NCBI RefSeq assembly: GCF_001194135.2
Contig: NC_068991.1
Coordinates: 59,889,114 to 59,922,478, forward strand
DNA: 33,365 nucleotides
Direction of reading: 5' to 3'
From: Octopus bimaculoides
Taxonomy: Eukaryota
Shown: positions 32,491 to 33,365 of the stretch, in pieces
Position numbering within the stretch: the first letter of the stretch is position 1
Layout: each line of letters opens with the position of its first letter
Position numbers and translations under genes: made by a program
Notes under the pieces: model-generated
What the model saw: the letters and a program-made list of their open reading frames with translations, nothing else
Databases searched by the model: none
What the model was told of the DNA's origin: nothing

Positions 32491-33123
32491 GTTTGATTTA
32501 TAACTGTCATTTATATTGCAGTGGGTTTTTTAAAAGAATTTTCCTTCTTTTTATTTTCTACTTTAACAATTACAAGTATCTTGTAATGTGCAGCAGACTT
32601 TCATTTTAATCTTAATTTACTCCATCTATTTTTGCTTCTTATTTGATTGCTTTTAAATTACTATTTATTTTGAGGATCACTTTCACACTTTTCTCTCAAT
32701 TAGGCTTATTTTCTTACTTATCATCCATATGGTTTTCTAATTCTTTTCTTCTTTTATAGTCTCAAAATACTTTACATGTATATTTATGGAAACATAATAT
32801 GGCTCAATTTCTATCTTGCTACTCTTTAAAAATAAACTAAAAATATACTTAAAAAAAAAAAAATAATTACTTAAGTTGAATCACTGTGCATTATTGCATT
32901 CTCTCATTTAAATCCGACATGCTTGATTATGAAGGCTGAAAAAATTATTAGTCTATTTTGAGTGTTAGTTTGGTTGAAAAGTTATAAGTCTCTTGACACA
33001 GGTATATGTAATTCTACACTACTGTGAGCTATTCTTGTAGTTTCACTACTCTACTTTCACAACTCTCCATACATATAAATAGAAACAGTTGCCTTGAAGA
33101 TGTTTATTTATATGATGTATATA

Positions 33124-33365
33124 TCAGGTCATTCCATAAGTTCTGTCCAAATTTTGAATAAAGAAAACAAGTGATCAAATGTTATATTTAATTGAAATTT
33201 AATCATCAATGTACTGTCCCTGATTATCTATGACTTCCTTCCATCTATTTACAAGCTTTTTAATCCCATCAATGTAAAACTCTTTTGGTTTCAAAGCAAA
33301 GAACACTGAAATGTCAATTTCGACCTCCTCCTGGCTTGCGAAAGTTATGTCCCCCAAATGATTCT
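33124..33365 (-). mobile_element. mariner transposon 3' end (continues beyond the window)
   Basis: TA then TIR-like tcaggtcattccataagttctgtcc; minus frame 33363-33199 has no internal stop: NHLGDITFASQEEVEIDISVFFALKPKEFYIDGIKKLVNRWKEVIDNQGQYIDD*, a typical mariner C-terminus. Confidence 0.92.

Overview
AT-rich, repeat-dense eukaryotic genomic DNA with four scaffold gaps, intronic or intergenic. The SINE families read to me as coleoid cephalopod, most likely Octopus; this is recognition from memory and needs a BLAST/Dfam check. There is no intact host gene, no CRISPR array, no true RNA gene and no prokaryote-type system. The window holds (i) many tRNA-derived SINE copies from at least three families plus a composite SINE with an RTE-type tail; (ii) 5'-truncated LINE relics of three clades (RTE, RTE-X, R4/Dong); (iii) DNA-transposon relics: a 1.75 kb Chapaev3-type (RAG1/Transib-related) transposase, an internally deleted maT/DD37D-like Tc1/mariner, a mariner running off the right edge, four TTAA-flanked piggyBac-like MITEs and a Helentron/HINE-like element; (iv) microsatellites; (v) short low-confidence candidate exons on both strands with no recognisable protein. 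The most interesting structure is in how the elements are arranged: (ATT/TAA)n tracts act as repeated landing sites (4-copy SINE array, Dong inside a SINE tail), and closely spaced inverted SINE pairs could form dsRNA. I see no strong evidence for a wholly new biological system. Repeat boundaries are approximate (about +/-10 nt) unless a TSD or TIR is quoted.
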